A DNA stretch of 64,000 bases from an uncultured Lentisphaeraceae bacterium (GTDB lineage Bacteria > Verrucomicrobiota > Kiritimatiellia > RFP12 > UBA1067): contig CAYLUN010000011.1 of NCBI GenBank assembly GCA_964386865.1, positions 12,058-76,057 on the forward strand, given 5' to 3'. Shown here one piece after another: positions 50,183-60,068 of the stretch. The stretch's first letter is position 1. Each line of letters starts with the position of its first letter. The notes beneath the pieces are model-generated. The model was given only the letters and a program-made list of their open reading frames with translations, did no database searches and was not told where the DNA came from. The position numbers were made by a program, and so were the translations under genes.

Positions 50183-53100
50183 ATGGCGCGACAGATCGGG
50201 TGGGGCGTGGCGGTTCTGCTGGGGGTTGTGGCTGCGTATGCGCAAGAGCGGCGCGAGACGGCGCTGGAAGGCGCCTGCGCGTCGGTTGCCTATACCGGCG
50301 GCGGCGAGGTCGACGCGCTCAAGCCGGGCGCGGTGCTCTTCACGGACAGGGCGTACACCCTCAAGGAGTGTCCCGCGTGGCTGGTCGGCAAGCCGTTCCT
50401 GCGCAGCAGCATCGAGTCGGGCAGCCTGCGCATAACGGCCGACGGCGTGCTCACCGTGCTCACGCCCGAGCCCGTGCACCCGCGCGCGGCCACGCAGGCC
50501 AAGTCGCTGGAGCGGCGCGGGTTCGCGTGGATCGCCAGCCCCGAGCGCTTCCAGCTCTTCGGGGCGCAGCCGTTCGACCTGACCCGCGCCTATCAGAGGC
50601 ACGTCAAGAAGGGCGAGCGCCTGCGGCTGGGCAAGTGGGCCGTGGTCGCTGGTTTCGCGCAGGCCGAGCCGCTCGCGCCGCCCGCACAGGCCTGGGGTGC
50701 GAACACCGGCGAGCGCCTCTACAACGGCATCGTGCTGCCCGAGGAGTGGCCGCCGTCAGACATCGACCCGCGCGACGCCGCGCCCATGGCCGTTCCGTAT
50801 TTGGCCTGCCCGCCCCCGGTCATCCCCATCGACGTCGGCCGCCAGCTCTTCGTGGACGACTTCCTGATCGCGACCAGCACGCTGGCGCGCGTCTTCCACC
50901 TGCCCAAGAAATACGCGGGCAACCCGGTTCTCAAGCCGGAGACCAAACTGGAGCTGAACGGAGAGAAGAACGACGCGGCCGTGCCCAAGAGCGGCGGCGT
51001 GTGGTGGGATCCGGCCGAGAAGCTCTTCAAGATGTGGTACGAGGCGGGGTGGATCCACACCATCTGCTACGCCACGAGCAAAGACGGGCTCACGTGGGAG
51101 CGGCCGACGCTGGACGTGGTGCCCGGCACGAACCAGGTGCTGCCTCCGGATCTTACGCCCGACTCCTGGACCGTCGTGCCCGACTGGGAGGCGGCTGACC
51201 CGCAGCAGCGCTACAAGATGTACATGCGCCCGCCGGGCGGCCAGATGCCAGGAATCAGTATGACGTCGCCAGACGGCGTCCACTGGACGAACCGCGTGAT
51301 GAGCGGCGACACGGGCGACCGCAGCACGATGTTCTATAATCCGTTCCGCAAGAAGTGGGTCTACAGCTTGCGCTCGGGCTTCCGCGGCCGCTCGCGCCAC
51401 TACTGGGAGTGCGACGACTTCCTCGCCGGAGCGACGTGGAGCCCGGACGGCCCCGTGGTGTGGGCGGCGGCAGACCGCGACGACCCGAAGGACTGGGTGA
51501 CGCGGCGCATGCCGCAGCTCTACAACCTCGACGCCGTGGCCTACGAGAGCCTTCTGCTCGGCTTCTACCAGATCCACCACGGCCCGGAGAACGACGTGTG
51601 CGAGAAGACCGGCATCCCGAAGATCACGGAGCTGAACTTCGCCTACAGCCGCGACGGGTTCCACTGGAACCGGCCCGACCGCCGCATCGCCATCACGTCC
51701 GAGCGGCGCGACGTGTGGGACCGCGGCTACGTGCAGTCCATCGGCAACCTCTGTTGCGTGCGCGGCGACACCCTGTGGTTCTACTACACGGGCTTTCAGG
51801 GTGACACCGCCGCGACCAACCGCAACTGGATGACGAACGGCATGTACCACCGCGGCGCGACGGGCGTCGCCTTCCTGCGGCGCGACGGCTTCGCCTCGCT
51901 GGAGGCCGGCGCCGAGGGCGGCGAGCTGACCACGCGCCCCGTGACGTTCGGCGGCAGCCGTGTCTTCGTGAACGCCGCCGCCGCTGGCGGCGAAGTGCGC
52001 GTCGAGATTCTGGACGAGGCCGGTCAGGCGATCGCCCCGTACACGCTCGCGAACTGCCGTCCGGTGGCGGCGGACAGCGCGCTCGCGCCGGTCGCGTGGG
52101 AAGGCGCCGAGGACGTGTCGGCGCTGCGCGGCCGCACGGTGCGCTTCCGCTTCGCGCTGCGCCAGGCCGCGCTCTACGCCTTCTGGGTCAGCCGCGACGC
52201 GACGGGTCGCAGCGACGGCTACGTGGCGGGCGGCGGGCCGGGCTTCACCGGTCCGCGCGACACCGTGGGGCGCGCGGCGCTGGAGGCCGAGACGAGCGCC
52301 TTCGGCGGCGCCGCGCAAAGCGTGTTGCCGGCGGGCTGGAGCGCGCAGGCGGCCGGCGACCGGGTGCTGGCGGGGCTGGTGGCGGCGACCGCGCCGCAGG
52401 TGAGGGGCGCGCACGACGCCGAAATGGCGCTGGTCGGTGACCGCGCCTACGTCGTGGCCGAGGTGAACGACCTCCGTCCGGGCGAGGGGGCGGGGTGGCC
52501 GGAGATCTACTCCGCACTGTCGGTCGTGAACCTCAAGACGCTGGCCGTCGAGACGGTCATCCCCTTCGCCCGGGGCGGGCAGGCCTTTGAGAACGAGACC
52601 CTGCCGACGGGAGCCTGCTTCGTGCCGCGCATCCTCCAGAAGGACGCGTCTACGCTGCGCTGCTACTTCGCCAGCGAGCAGCCGGGGAAGCGGCAGGCGC
52701 AGACGTGGTTCCTCGACTTCGACCTCGCGTCGCAGACCTTCGGGAAGCAGCTCCAGCGCGCCAAGCTCAAGACGGCGGCGGGCGTGTTCGACATGCAGCC
52801 GCAATACCTTCATGCTGACGCGGCTGCGCAGGGCTTCGCGCGCAAGCCGGAGGATTTCGGCCTCTACGTTTTCGATTCGTTCAAGGTTTTCGACGGCAAG
52901 ACCTACGTGGCGCTCAACAACTATCCAGGCGGGCAGAACGCGCTGGCGGCGGTGAACGACGCGAAGGACACCTTCGAGGTGCTGGGACATTATAACGGCT
53001 CGGCCGAAACGAAGCTGACGGAGTCGGCGGTGAACCGCCTGCCCGACGGCACGTGGCTGGCGGTGTGCCGCCAGGAGGGAGGCACGCGCAACTACGCGTT

Positions 53101-53437
53101 CACGCAAAGCAAGGACGGGCGGGTCTGGACGCCCGGCGAGACTCGCAACGTGATCCCCAACGGCACGTCGTCCAAGCCCACCTTCGACAGGATCGGCGGG
53201 CTCTACTGGCTCGGGTGGCAAGAGGCCGAGGGGACGGGCATGGTGAGCCGCTCGGTCTTCAATGTCGAGGTCTCGCGCGACGGAGCGAACTGGGAGCGCA
53301 AGTACCGGTTCGTTACAGACAAGTCGTTCCAGTATCCGACTTTCCGCGAGCACGGCGGGCGCGTCTATGTGTGCGTGACGCAGGGCGACAGCTCCCCGTG
53401 CCGCAAGGAGCGGATCATGTTCGGGCGCGTGGAGTAG
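50183..53437 (+). CDS. BNR/Asp-box repeat protein, putative exo-glycosidase (sialidase-like beta-propeller) with N-terminal accessory domain
   Basis: Signal peptide present. There are at least five Asp-box motifs of the form SxDxGxTW (SKDGLTWERP, SPDGVHWTN, SRDGFHWNRP, SKDGRVWTP, SRDGANWERK). RBS GGGGG precedes the ATG at 50183. Confidence 0.7.
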   Translation: MARQIGWGVAVLLGVVAAYAQERRETALEGACASVAYTGGGEVDALKPGAVLFTDRAYTLKECPAWLVGKPFLRSSIESGSLRITADGVLTVLTPEPVHPRAATQAKSLERRGFAWIASPERFQLFGAQPFDLTRAYQRHVKKGERLRLGKWAVVAGFAQAEPLAPPAQAWGANTGERLYNGIVLPEEWPPSDIDPRDAAPMAVPYLACPPPVIPIDVGRQLFVDDFLIATSTLARVFHLPKKYAGNPVLKPETKLELNGEKNDAAVPKSGGVWWDPAEKLFKMWYEAGWIHTICYATSKDGLTWERPTLDVVPGTNQVLPPDLTPDSWTVVPDWEAADPQQRYKMYMRPPGGQMPGISMTSPDGVHWTNRVMSGDTGDRSTMFYNPFRKKWVYSLRSGFRGRSRHYWECDDFLAGATWSPDGPVVWAAADRDDPKDWVTRRMPQLYNLDAVAYESLLLGFYQIHHGPENDVCEKTGIPKITELNFAYSRDGFHWNRPDRRIAITSERRDVWDRGYVQSIGNLCCVRGDTLWFYYTGFQGDTAATNRNWMTNGMYHRGATGVAFLRRDGFASLEAGAEGGELTTRPVTFGGSRVFVNAAAAGGEVRVEILDEAGQAIAPYTLANCRPVAADSALAPVAWEGAEDVSALRGRTVRFRFALRQAALYAFWVSRDATGRSDGYVAGGGPGFTGPRDTVGRAALEAETSAFGGAAQSVLPAGWSAQAAGDRVLAGLVAATAPQVRGAHDAEMALVGDRAYVVAEVNDLRPGEGAGWPEIYSALSVVNLKTLAVETVIPFARGGQAFENETLPTGACFVPRILQKDASTLRCYFASEQPGKRQAQTWFLDFDLASQTFGKQLQRAKLKTAAGVFDMQPQYLHADAAAQGFARKPEDFGLYVFDSFKVFDGKTYVALNNYPGGQNALAAVNDAKDTFEVLGHYNGSAETKLTESAVNRLPDGTWLAVCRQEGGTRNYAFTQSKDGRVWTPGETRNVIPNGTSSKPTFDRIGGLYWLGWQEAEGTGMVSRSVFNVEVSRDGANWERKYRFVTDKSFQYPTFREHGGRVYVCVTQGDSSPCRKERIMFGRVE

Positions 53438-53477
53438 CGAAGGGCGAAAGGTCGGATAAGTTCAGCGGGAGGGTCTC

Positions 53478-54323
53478 ATGCGTGTGGCTCGGGTTGCTGC
53501 TGCGGCTGCGGTTCTTGTGGCGGCGATGATCGTGGGTGGATGCGCGTACCTGCGCGTGCCGAAGACGTCGTGGGGCGGCGGCGAGGTGTCTGCTGCCGAC
53601 GATCTAAAGGCCAAAGCCGAGGCGGGCGAGGCGGCGGCGCAGTATGCGTTCGGCTTTTCGCTGCTCTACGGCGAGGGCCTGCCGCGCAACGTGCCGGCAG
53701 GGCTGGAGTGGCTGCGCCAGTCGGCCGAGGGCGGCTATGTTCAGGCGCAGGCGGCGCTGGCGATCATGTATCGCAAAGGCCACGTGGTCGCGCAGAACGA
53801 CGAGGAGAGCGTTCGCTGGTACCGCAAGGCCTCCGAGCAGGGCCATGCGGACGCGCTGACCCAGCTCGGCATCGCGTACTACCGCGGCAAAGGCGTCGCA
53901 CAGTCGTTTGACGAAGCCAGGCGGTTCTTCGAGGCCGCCGCAGCGAAGGGCGATGCGCTGGCGATGGCGAATCTGGGTGTGCTGGCTAGTCGCGGCGAGG
54001 GCCTGCCCAAGGACGAGGCGCAGGCGGCGGCATGGTTCCGTAAATCCGCCGAACTCGGCAACGGCGACGGGCAGAGCAACCTCGGCACCGCCTACTACAA
54101 GGGCAGCGGGGTGAAGCAAGACTACGTCGAGGCGCTAAAGTGGTTTCAGGCCGCGGCCGCGCAGGGGAACGCAGCCGCCCAGTTCCGCGTGGGCTACATG
54201 TATGCGCACGGACAAGGCGTCGCGGCGGACGAGGCCAAGGCCGCCGAGTGGATCGGCAAGGCGGCGGCGCAAGGCCAGCCGCTGGCGGTCAAATGGCTGC
54301 AGGAGCGCGAGAAGCATCCCTAG
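53478..54323 (+). CDS. Sel1-repeat (TPR-like) lipoprotein
   Basis: Lipobox IVGGC. Seven Sel1-like repeats are present (AQYxxGxxYxxGxGVxxDxxxAxxWxxKAA). Confidence 0.8.
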   Translation: MRVARVAAAAAVLVAAMIVGGCAYLRVPKTSWGGGEVSAADDLKAKAEAGEAAAQYAFGFSLLYGEGLPRNVPAGLEWLRQSAEGGYVQAQAALAIMYRKGHVVAQNDEESVRWYRKASEQGHADALTQLGIAYYRGKGVAQSFDEARRFFEAAAAKGDALAMANLGVLASRGEGLPKDEAQAAAWFRKSAELGNGDGQSNLGTAYYKGSGVKQDYVEALKWFQAAAAQGNAAAQFRVGYMYAHGQGVAADEAKAAEWIGKAAAQGQPLAVKWLQEREKHP

Positions 54324-54343
54324 ACGACGGGCTCAAGTTCCGC

Positions 54344-54370
54344 TTTACAGACCGCCTCGGATTTTATAAT
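54344..54370 (+). promoter_or_regulatory. Putative sigma70-like promoter of the sulfur-assimilation operon
   Basis: TTTACA, then about 15 nt, then TATAAT (54365-54370), upstream of the AAGGAGGG RBS at 54414-54421. Confidence 0.3.
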
Positions 54371-54509
54371 CTACTCTCTCCATCGACTAAGTTTAGTTTA
54401 CGTGGGCTGAGTCAAGGAGGGCGCTTTCATCACACCGACACACACACGACTGACGACGCTGCTCGCGCAGGCGGGTAACCGCTGCGACCCCGCGACCGGC
54501 GCCATCTCG

Positions 54510-55577
54510 GTGCCAATCTACCAGACCGCCTCGTTCGGCCATCCGGCGCTGGGGCAGAGCACCGGGTTCGACTACTCGCGCTCCTCCAACCCGACGCGCC
54601 TCGCCCTGGAGCAGACCCTGGCGGCGGCCGACGGCGGCCACCGGGGCTTCGCCTTCGCCTCCGGCATGGCGGCCATCGACTGCGCGCTGCGGCTTTTCGC
54701 GCCCGGCGAGCGCATGGCGGTGACCGAAGACCTCTACGGCGGCACGTTCCGGCTCTTTGACAAGGTGTTCCGGCCGCTCGGAATCGAGGCGGTCTATGTG
54801 GACACGTCGGACGCAGAGGAGGTGCGCCGCGCCCTGGCAGACCCGCGCGTGAAAGGGCTCTTCGTCGAGTCGCCCACGAACCCGCTGCTCAAGGTCGCCG
54901 ACCTGCGCGCCCTGTCGGAGCGGGCGCGCGCGGCGGGCGCGCTGCTGATCGTGGACAACACCTTCCTGACGCCCGTCCTGCAGCGGCCTTTGGAGCAGGG
55001 GGCCGACCTCGTGGTCTACAGCGCCACCAAGTACCTCGCGGGCCACAACGACGTGGTTGCGGGCGCGGTGGTCACCCGCACCCCGGAGCTGTCGGAGCGG
55101 GTCGGTTTTCTCCAGAACGCGGTCGGCGGCATCCTCGGCCCGCAGGACGCCTGGCTCACCTTGCGCGGCCTCAAGACGCTGGCCTTGCGCGTCGAGCGGC
55201 AGCAGGCGAACGCGCAGGTCATCGCGGAGTGGCTGTGTCGCCACCCGCACGTGCGCCGCGTCTTCTACCCCGGTCTGCCCGGCCACGCGGGCCGCGACAT
55301 TCTCTTGCGCGAAAAGAGCGGCTTCGGCGGCATGATCGCGTTCGAGGTCGACGAGCCGGGACGCATTCCCGGCATCCTTTCGGGCGTGCGCGTCTTCCTG
55401 TTCGCCGAGAGCCTCGGCGGCGTGGAGTCGCTCATCACCTATCCCGCGGTGCAGACCCACGCGGACCTCGACGCGGCGACGCGCGAGCGCCTCGGCATCA
55501 ACGGACGCCTGCTGCGCCTCTCGGTCGGCATCGAGGACGTGCGGGATCTGATCGGCGATTTGGAGGGCGTGCTGTGA
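54510..55577 (+). CDS. PLP-dependent Cys/Met-metabolism enzyme (O-acetylhomoserine sulfhydrylase / cystathionine gamma-synthase family, PF01053); true start probably upstream at a non-canonical codon near 54429
   Basis: The conserved N-terminal motif (T..LLAQAGN..DPATGAISVPIYQTASF) is encoded in-frame upstream of the first canonical start (GTG 54510), back to the stop at 54408. A strong RBS AAGGAGGG lies 7 nt before ATC 54429. Downstream PLP-enzyme motifs are present (SATKYLAGHND). Confidence 0.8.
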   Translation: MPIYQTASFGHPALGQSTGFDYSRSSNPTRLALEQTLAAADGGHRGFAFASGMAAIDCALRLFAPGERMAVTEDLYGGTFRLFDKVFRPLGIEAVYVDTSDAEEVRRALADPRVKGLFVESPTNPLLKVADLRALSERARAAGALLIVDNTFLTPVLQRPLEQGADLVVYSATKYLAGHNDVVAGAVVTRTPELSERVGFLQNAVGGILGPQDAWLTLRGLKTLALRVERQQANAQVIAEWLCRHPHVRRVFYPGLPGHAGRDILLREKSGFGGMIAFEVDEPGRIPGILSGVRVFLFAESLGGVESLITYPAVQTHADLDAATRERLGINGRLLRLSVGIEDVRDLIGDLEGVL

Positions 55578-56710
55578 ACGACTGGACACGCGTGATACAC
55601 AGCGGGCGCGACCGCGACCCGCACACGGGCGCGTCGAGCGTCCCGATCTACCAGGTCTCGACCTTCGACCAGCCCGACCCCGAGCACCTCGGCGCGTACG
55701 ACTACGCCCGCAGCGACAACCCGACGCGCGAGGCGCTGGAGCACACCGTTGCGCAGCTCGAGGGCGGCGCGCGCGGGCTGGCCTTCGCCTCGGGCATGGC
55801 GGCCACCTCGTCGGCGCTGCTGCTCTTTCAGGCGGGCGACCACCTCGTCGTCGGCCGCGACATCTACGGCGGCACCTACCGCGTGCTGACCACGATCTTC
55901 AAGCGCTGGGGGCTCGACGTGACCTTCGCCGACAGCGCCGACCCCGAGGCGGTTCGCCGCGCGATCAAGCCGTCGACGCGCGGGCTCTTCGTGGAGAGCC
56001 CGGCCAACCCGCTGCTGCAGGTCACCGACCTGCGCACCATGGCCGAGATCGCCCGCGCGCACGGGCTGCTGGCCGTCACGGACAACACCTTCATGACGCC
56101 GCACCTGCAGCGTCCGCTCGACCTTGGCTTCGACCTCGTGGTTCACAGCGCCACCAAGTTCCTGGGCGGCCACAGCGACCTGATCGCCGGCGTGGCGGTG
56201 GCGCGCGACGCCGAGCTGGGCAAGCGGCTCAAGGCGATCCAGAACAGCTTCGGCGCGATCCTCGGGCCGCAGGACGCGTGGCTCGTGCTGCGCGGCATCA
56301 AGACCCTCGCCGTGCGGCTGGAGGCTCAGCAGCTGACGGCGGGCGTGCTTGCCCGCTGGCTGCACGCGCGCCCGGAGGTCCGGCGCGTGTTCTATCCCGG
56401 ACTCGACTCGCATCCCGGCCACGCCGTGCACGCGCGGCAGGCGCGCGGGGCGGGAGCCGTGCTATCGTTCGAGTTGGCGGACGGCCCGACAGCCGTGGCG
56501 TTCATGAAGCGCGTCAAGCTCCCGCTCGTGGCGGTGAGTCTCGGCGGCGTGGAGAGCATCCTCTCCTACCCCGTGACGATGTCTCACGCGGCCATGCCGC
56601 GCGAGGAGCGCTTGGCGCGCGGCATCACGGACGGGCTGGTGCGGCTCTCCGTCGGGCTCGAGAGCGCCGACGACCTGATGGCGGATTTGAAGCAGGCGCT
56701 GGAGGAGTGA
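55574..56710 (+). CDS. Second PLP-dependent Cys/Met-metabolism enzyme (MetB/MetC/MetY family paralogue)
   Basis: GTG start overlaps the upstream stop (GTGA) and is preceded by GGAGGG. Motifs DPHTGASSVPIYQVSTF and SATKFLGGHSD are present. Confidence 0.8.
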   Translation: MNDWTRVIHSGRDRDPHTGASSVPIYQVSTFDQPDPEHLGAYDYARSDNPTREALEHTVAQLEGGARGLAFASGMAATSSALLLFQAGDHLVVGRDIYGGTYRVLTTIFKRWGLDVTFADSADPEAVRRAIKPSTRGLFVESPANPLLQVTDLRTMAEIARAHGLLAVTDNTFMTPHLQRPLDLGFDLVVHSATKFLGGHSDLIAGVAVARDAELGKRLKAIQNSFGAILGPQDAWLVLRGIKTLAVRLEAQQLTAGVLARWLHARPEVRRVFYPGLDSHPGHAVHARQARGAGAVLSFELADGPTAVAFMKRVKLPLVAVSLGGVESILSYPVTMSHAAMPREERLARGITDGLVRLSVGLESADDLMADLKQALEE

Positions 56711-56714
56711 GCAC

Positions 56715-58298
56715 ATGCAGAGACAGTTGACGATGTTACGGCTGAGCGAGGAGGAGGAGGTCAAGGCCGCAGGCCTGCACCTCGACTTCGACGAGATGGC
56801 CAAGCGCGGCGGCATGACCCGCGAAGAGGGCCTGATCGCCAAGTGGTACGGCATCTACGGGTCGCGCCAGCCGGGCAGCAACATGGCGCGGGTGGTCATT
56901 CCCGGCGGTGTCTTCACGGCGGTCCAGGCGCGGCGCATCGCGGACGTCGCCGACCGCTACGGGCGCGGGCTCATCTGCGTCACGACCCGGCAGGCGCTCC
57001 AGTTCCACCACCTGAAGGTGGCCGACCTGCCCGGCCTGCTGCGCGAGCTGGCGCTGGACGGCGTCTCGACCTTCCACGGCTGCGGCGATGTGACGCGCAC
57101 CGTCGCCGCCTGCCCCTGCGCCGAGGAGTGCCCGCACCGGCGGTTGGACGTGCGCCCCTACGCCCGCGAGACGGCCCGCGCGCTGACCGCCATGCGCGAC
57201 CTCGACAACCTGCCGCGCAAATACAAAATCACCTTCTCGGGCTGCGAGGCCGGTTGCGCGCAGCCGTGGATGAACTGCGTGGGCGTCATGGCCGTGCGGG
57301 CCGCGGTCGCGGGCGCGGAGCGCGCCGGATTTCGCATCGTGATCGGCGGCGGCATGGGCTGGAAGGCCTTTGTGGCGCAGCCGCTCTTCTCCTTTGTTCC
57401 GGCCGAGCGCGTGGCGGCGGTCTGCCGCGCGATCGGCCTGCTTTTCCGCGACCACGGCGACCGCTTCAACCGCGCCAAGTCGCGCCTGAAGTTCGTGGTC
57501 GACCGGCTGGGTGTCGAGGCCTGCCGCGAGCTGGTGCTCGGCTACCTGTGGCAGGAGGGCGTGCCCGTCGCGGATTTGAAGTGGGGCGAGCTGGCTTACG
57601 CCGGACGCCCTGTGCCGGAGCGCCCCCTGACGGACAGCGAAGTCGCAGGCTGGAAGGACGGCGGAGGAGTCGTCCGCATCCGCATCCCCAAGGGAGAGCT
57701 GAGCGGCGCGCAGCTGCGGCGCATCGCCGAACTGTCCGAGCTGTTCGGCAGCCAGCGCGTCTACTCCACCAACCGGCAGAACCTCGAGCTGCACGGCGTG
57801 GCGCCGGACAAGCTCGCTGAGGCGCGGGCCGAAGTCGAGCGGCTGGGGTTCGCCACCGACGGCGTCCACGGCCTGCGCGACATGGTCTGTTGCGTCGGCA
57901 CGGAGCATTGCCCTAAGGCGGTCTCCTCGACGCGCACGCTGTTCGACCTCCTGCAGCCCGTGGTCGGAAGCCCCGCGTACCGCGCGGTCGAGGAGCGGGC
58001 CGCGATCCACATCACCGGCTGCCCCAACTCCTGTTCGCCGTACCGCATCGCGGACATCGGTTTCCGCGGCTTGCGGCTGCGGCTGGAGCAAGGCTCGGCC
58101 GAGGGCTTCGAGGTGCTGATCGGCGGCGACCAGCGCGCGCACGGCCACACGCTCGGCGAGTTTCGCAAGGAGGACTGCCCCGCCGTTGTGGCGGCTATTC
58201 TGGACACGTTCCTCGCGCGGCGCTGCGGCGACGAGACGCTGGCCGCCTGCGTGGCCCGCGTCGGCGTGGAGCCCTTCAAACAGGCGGTGTTCGCATGA
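56715..58298 (+). CDS. Sulfite/nitrite reductase hemoprotein (siroheme-[4Fe-4S], NIR_SIR domains)
   Basis: Two pseudo-symmetric halves. Siroheme/4Fe-4S cysteine motifs are present (CGDVTRTVAACPC and TGCPNSCSPYRIADIGFRG). RBS GGAGGAG. Confidence 0.8.
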   Translation: MQRQLTMLRLSEEEEVKAAGLHLDFDEMAKRGGMTREEGLIAKWYGIYGSRQPGSNMARVVIPGGVFTAVQARRIADVADRYGRGLICVTTRQALQFHHLKVADLPGLLRELALDGVSTFHGCGDVTRTVAACPCAEECPHRRLDVRPYARETARALTAMRDLDNLPRKYKITFSGCEAGCAQPWMNCVGVMAVRAAVAGAERAGFRIVIGGGMGWKAFVAQPLFSFVPAERVAAVCRAIGLLFRDHGDRFNRAKSRLKFVVDRLGVEACRELVLGYLWQEGVPVADLKWGELAYAGRPVPERPLTDSEVAGWKDGGGVVRIRIPKGELSGAQLRRIAELSELFGSQRVYSTNRQNLELHGVAPDKLAEARAEVERLGFATDGVHGLRDMVCCVGTEHCPKAVSSTRTLFDLLQPVVGSPAYRAVEERAAIHITGCPNSCSPYRIADIGFRGLRLRLEQGSAEGFEVLIGGDQRAHGHTLGEFRKEDCPAVVAAILDTFLARRCGDETLAACVARVGVEPFKQAVFA

Positions 58299-60058
58299 AA
58301 TACGACTATCCCCAAGCGCCCGCGTTCCGCGAGTACAGCACGCTCGACGGCGTCGGTCACACGGACAAAGACCGCAAGGCCATCGCCCGCCACATCCCCT
58401 GCCAGGAGGCCTGCCCGGCAGCCACGAACGTGCCGCTCTACATCGAGCGGGTTGCGCAGGGCGACTGGGCCGGCGCGTACGCGGTCAACCTGGCGTGCAA
58501 CGTCTTTCCCGGCGTGCTCGGCCGCATCTGCACGCGGCCCTGCCAGGCGCGCTGCCGCCACCAGTGGACCAACACCAGCGGCCCGGTCACGATCTGCCAC
58601 CTCAAGCGCGCGGCTGCAGACCGCGCGGCGGGCGCGGCAGCAGCGCCCAAGCCGTGGTTCGGCCCGACGGGCAAGCGCGTGGCCGTCGTCGGCGGCGGGC
58701 CGGCCGGGCTGGCCGCCGCGCGCGACCTGCGCCGCCTCGGCCACAGCGTGACGCTGTTCGAGCGCGAGTCGCACCTCGGCGGCATGCTGGTCGACGGCAT
58801 CCCGCGCTTCCGGCTGCCGCTTTCGGTCGTAGAGCGCGAGATCGGCTTCGTCGTGGACACGGGCGTAGACGTGCGCCTCGGCGAGGAGGTCGGCGCGGCC
58901 AGGCTTCGCGAGCTCTCCGCCGCGTTCGACGCCGTGCTCGTCGCGGCGGGCAACGCCGTCGAGGGGCGGGTCTCGATTCCCGGCGTGCCGGAGGAGGCCA
59001 TGCTCTCCGGCCTCGCCTTCATGCGGCGCTACAACGCGGGCGAGGTCGGCCAGCTCGAGGGCGACGTGATCGTGCTCGGCGGCGGGTTCACGGCGGTGGA
59101 CTGCGCCCGCGCCTCGGCGCGCGCCGCGCGCAAGCTGCTCGGCGCGGAGGGCTCGGTCAGCGTGATGTACCGCCGCACCGAGCAGTACATGGCCGCGCAC
59201 CCCGAGGAGCTGGAGGAGATGGAGCGCGAGCGCATCGGCGTGCGCACGCTCGTGACTGCGGTGTCGGGGACGGCGCGGGACGGTCGGCTGGAGTCGGTGA
59301 CGTTTCGCCGCAACGTGCTCGCATCCGGCGGCGCGTCGGGCAAGCCCGCCATCGAGCCGGTGCCGGGCAGCGAGTTCACGGTGCCGTGCTCGACGCTGAT
59401 CATCGCGGTCGGACAGTCGCGCGACGCCGCGCTGCTGCCGCCCGAGGGGTTGCCGAATCTCTTCGAAGCGGGCGACTTCGCCGGAGGCGCGAATGTGATT
59501 GAGGCCGTGGCGAGCGGCAAGCGCGCCGCGCGCGCGATCGACGAGCGCCTCATGGGCGCGCGCCGGCTCGAAGACGCCGTGGCGGTCGAAACCGTTGAGC
59601 GCGACGGCGAGACCGGGCGCGTGCGCGACCACGACCTGGTCGCGCCGGCGGCCATGCCGGTGATCCCCGTGGCCGCGCGCGCGGCGGGCGACGCCGAGGT
59701 CGAGGCTGGGCTGGACGACGCGCAGGCTGCGGCCAACGCCCGCCGCTGCTACCTCTGCCACTACACCTTCGAGATCGACCCCGACGCCTGCATCCAGTGC
59801 GGCTGGTGCATCGACGCTGCGCCGCGCCGCTGCATCAAGCGCCTGTCCCGTGTGAGCTTCGACGCCGACGGCGCCGTGGCGGAGACCGTCGAGGCCGCGG
59901 CGTCCGACGACACGACCTACATCTGGATCGACCCCGACGCGTGCATCCGCTGCGGCAAGTGCCTGCGCGTGTGCCCAACCGGCGCGATCAGCATGAAGCG
60001 CTCGGAGCGCGTGACGCGGCCCTGCGGCGGGAGCACGTGCGAGGCTTCACCGATTTGA
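58295..60058 (+). CDS. GltD-like NAD(P)H-dependent FAD/Fe-S oxidoreductase with C-terminal 2x[4Fe-4S] ferredoxin domain
   Basis: ATGA overlap with the upstream gene. N-terminal Cys cluster (CQEACPAAT, CTRPCQARC). Rossmann motif VAVVGGGPAGLAAA. C-terminal CIQCGWC and CIRCGKCLRVCP motifs. Confidence 0.8.
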   Translation: MKYDYPQAPAFREYSTLDGVGHTDKDRKAIARHIPCQEACPAATNVPLYIERVAQGDWAGAYAVNLACNVFPGVLGRICTRPCQARCRHQWTNTSGPVTICHLKRAAADRAAGAAAAPKPWFGPTGKRVAVVGGGPAGLAAARDLRRLGHSVTLFERESHLGGMLVDGIPRFRLPLSVVEREIGFVVDTGVDVRLGEEVGAARLRELSAAFDAVLVAAGNAVEGRVSIPGVPEEAMLSGLAFMRRYNAGEVGQLEGDVIVLGGGFTAVDCARASARAARKLLGAEGSVSVMYRRTEQYMAAHPEELEEMERERIGVRTLVTAVSGTARDGRLESVTFRRNVLASGGASGKPAIEPVPGSEFTVPCSTLIIAVGQSRDAALLPPEGLPNLFEAGDFAGGANVIEAVASGKRAARAIDERLMGARRLEDAVAVETVERDGETGRVRDHDLVAPAAMPVIPVAARAAGDAEVEAGLDDAQAAANARRCYLCHYTFEIDPDACIQCGWCIDAAPRRCIKRLSRVSFDADGAVAETVEAAASDDTTYIWIDPDACIRCGKCLRVCPTGAISMKRSERVTRPCGGSTCEASPI

Positions 60059-60068
60059 GGATGCCGCC

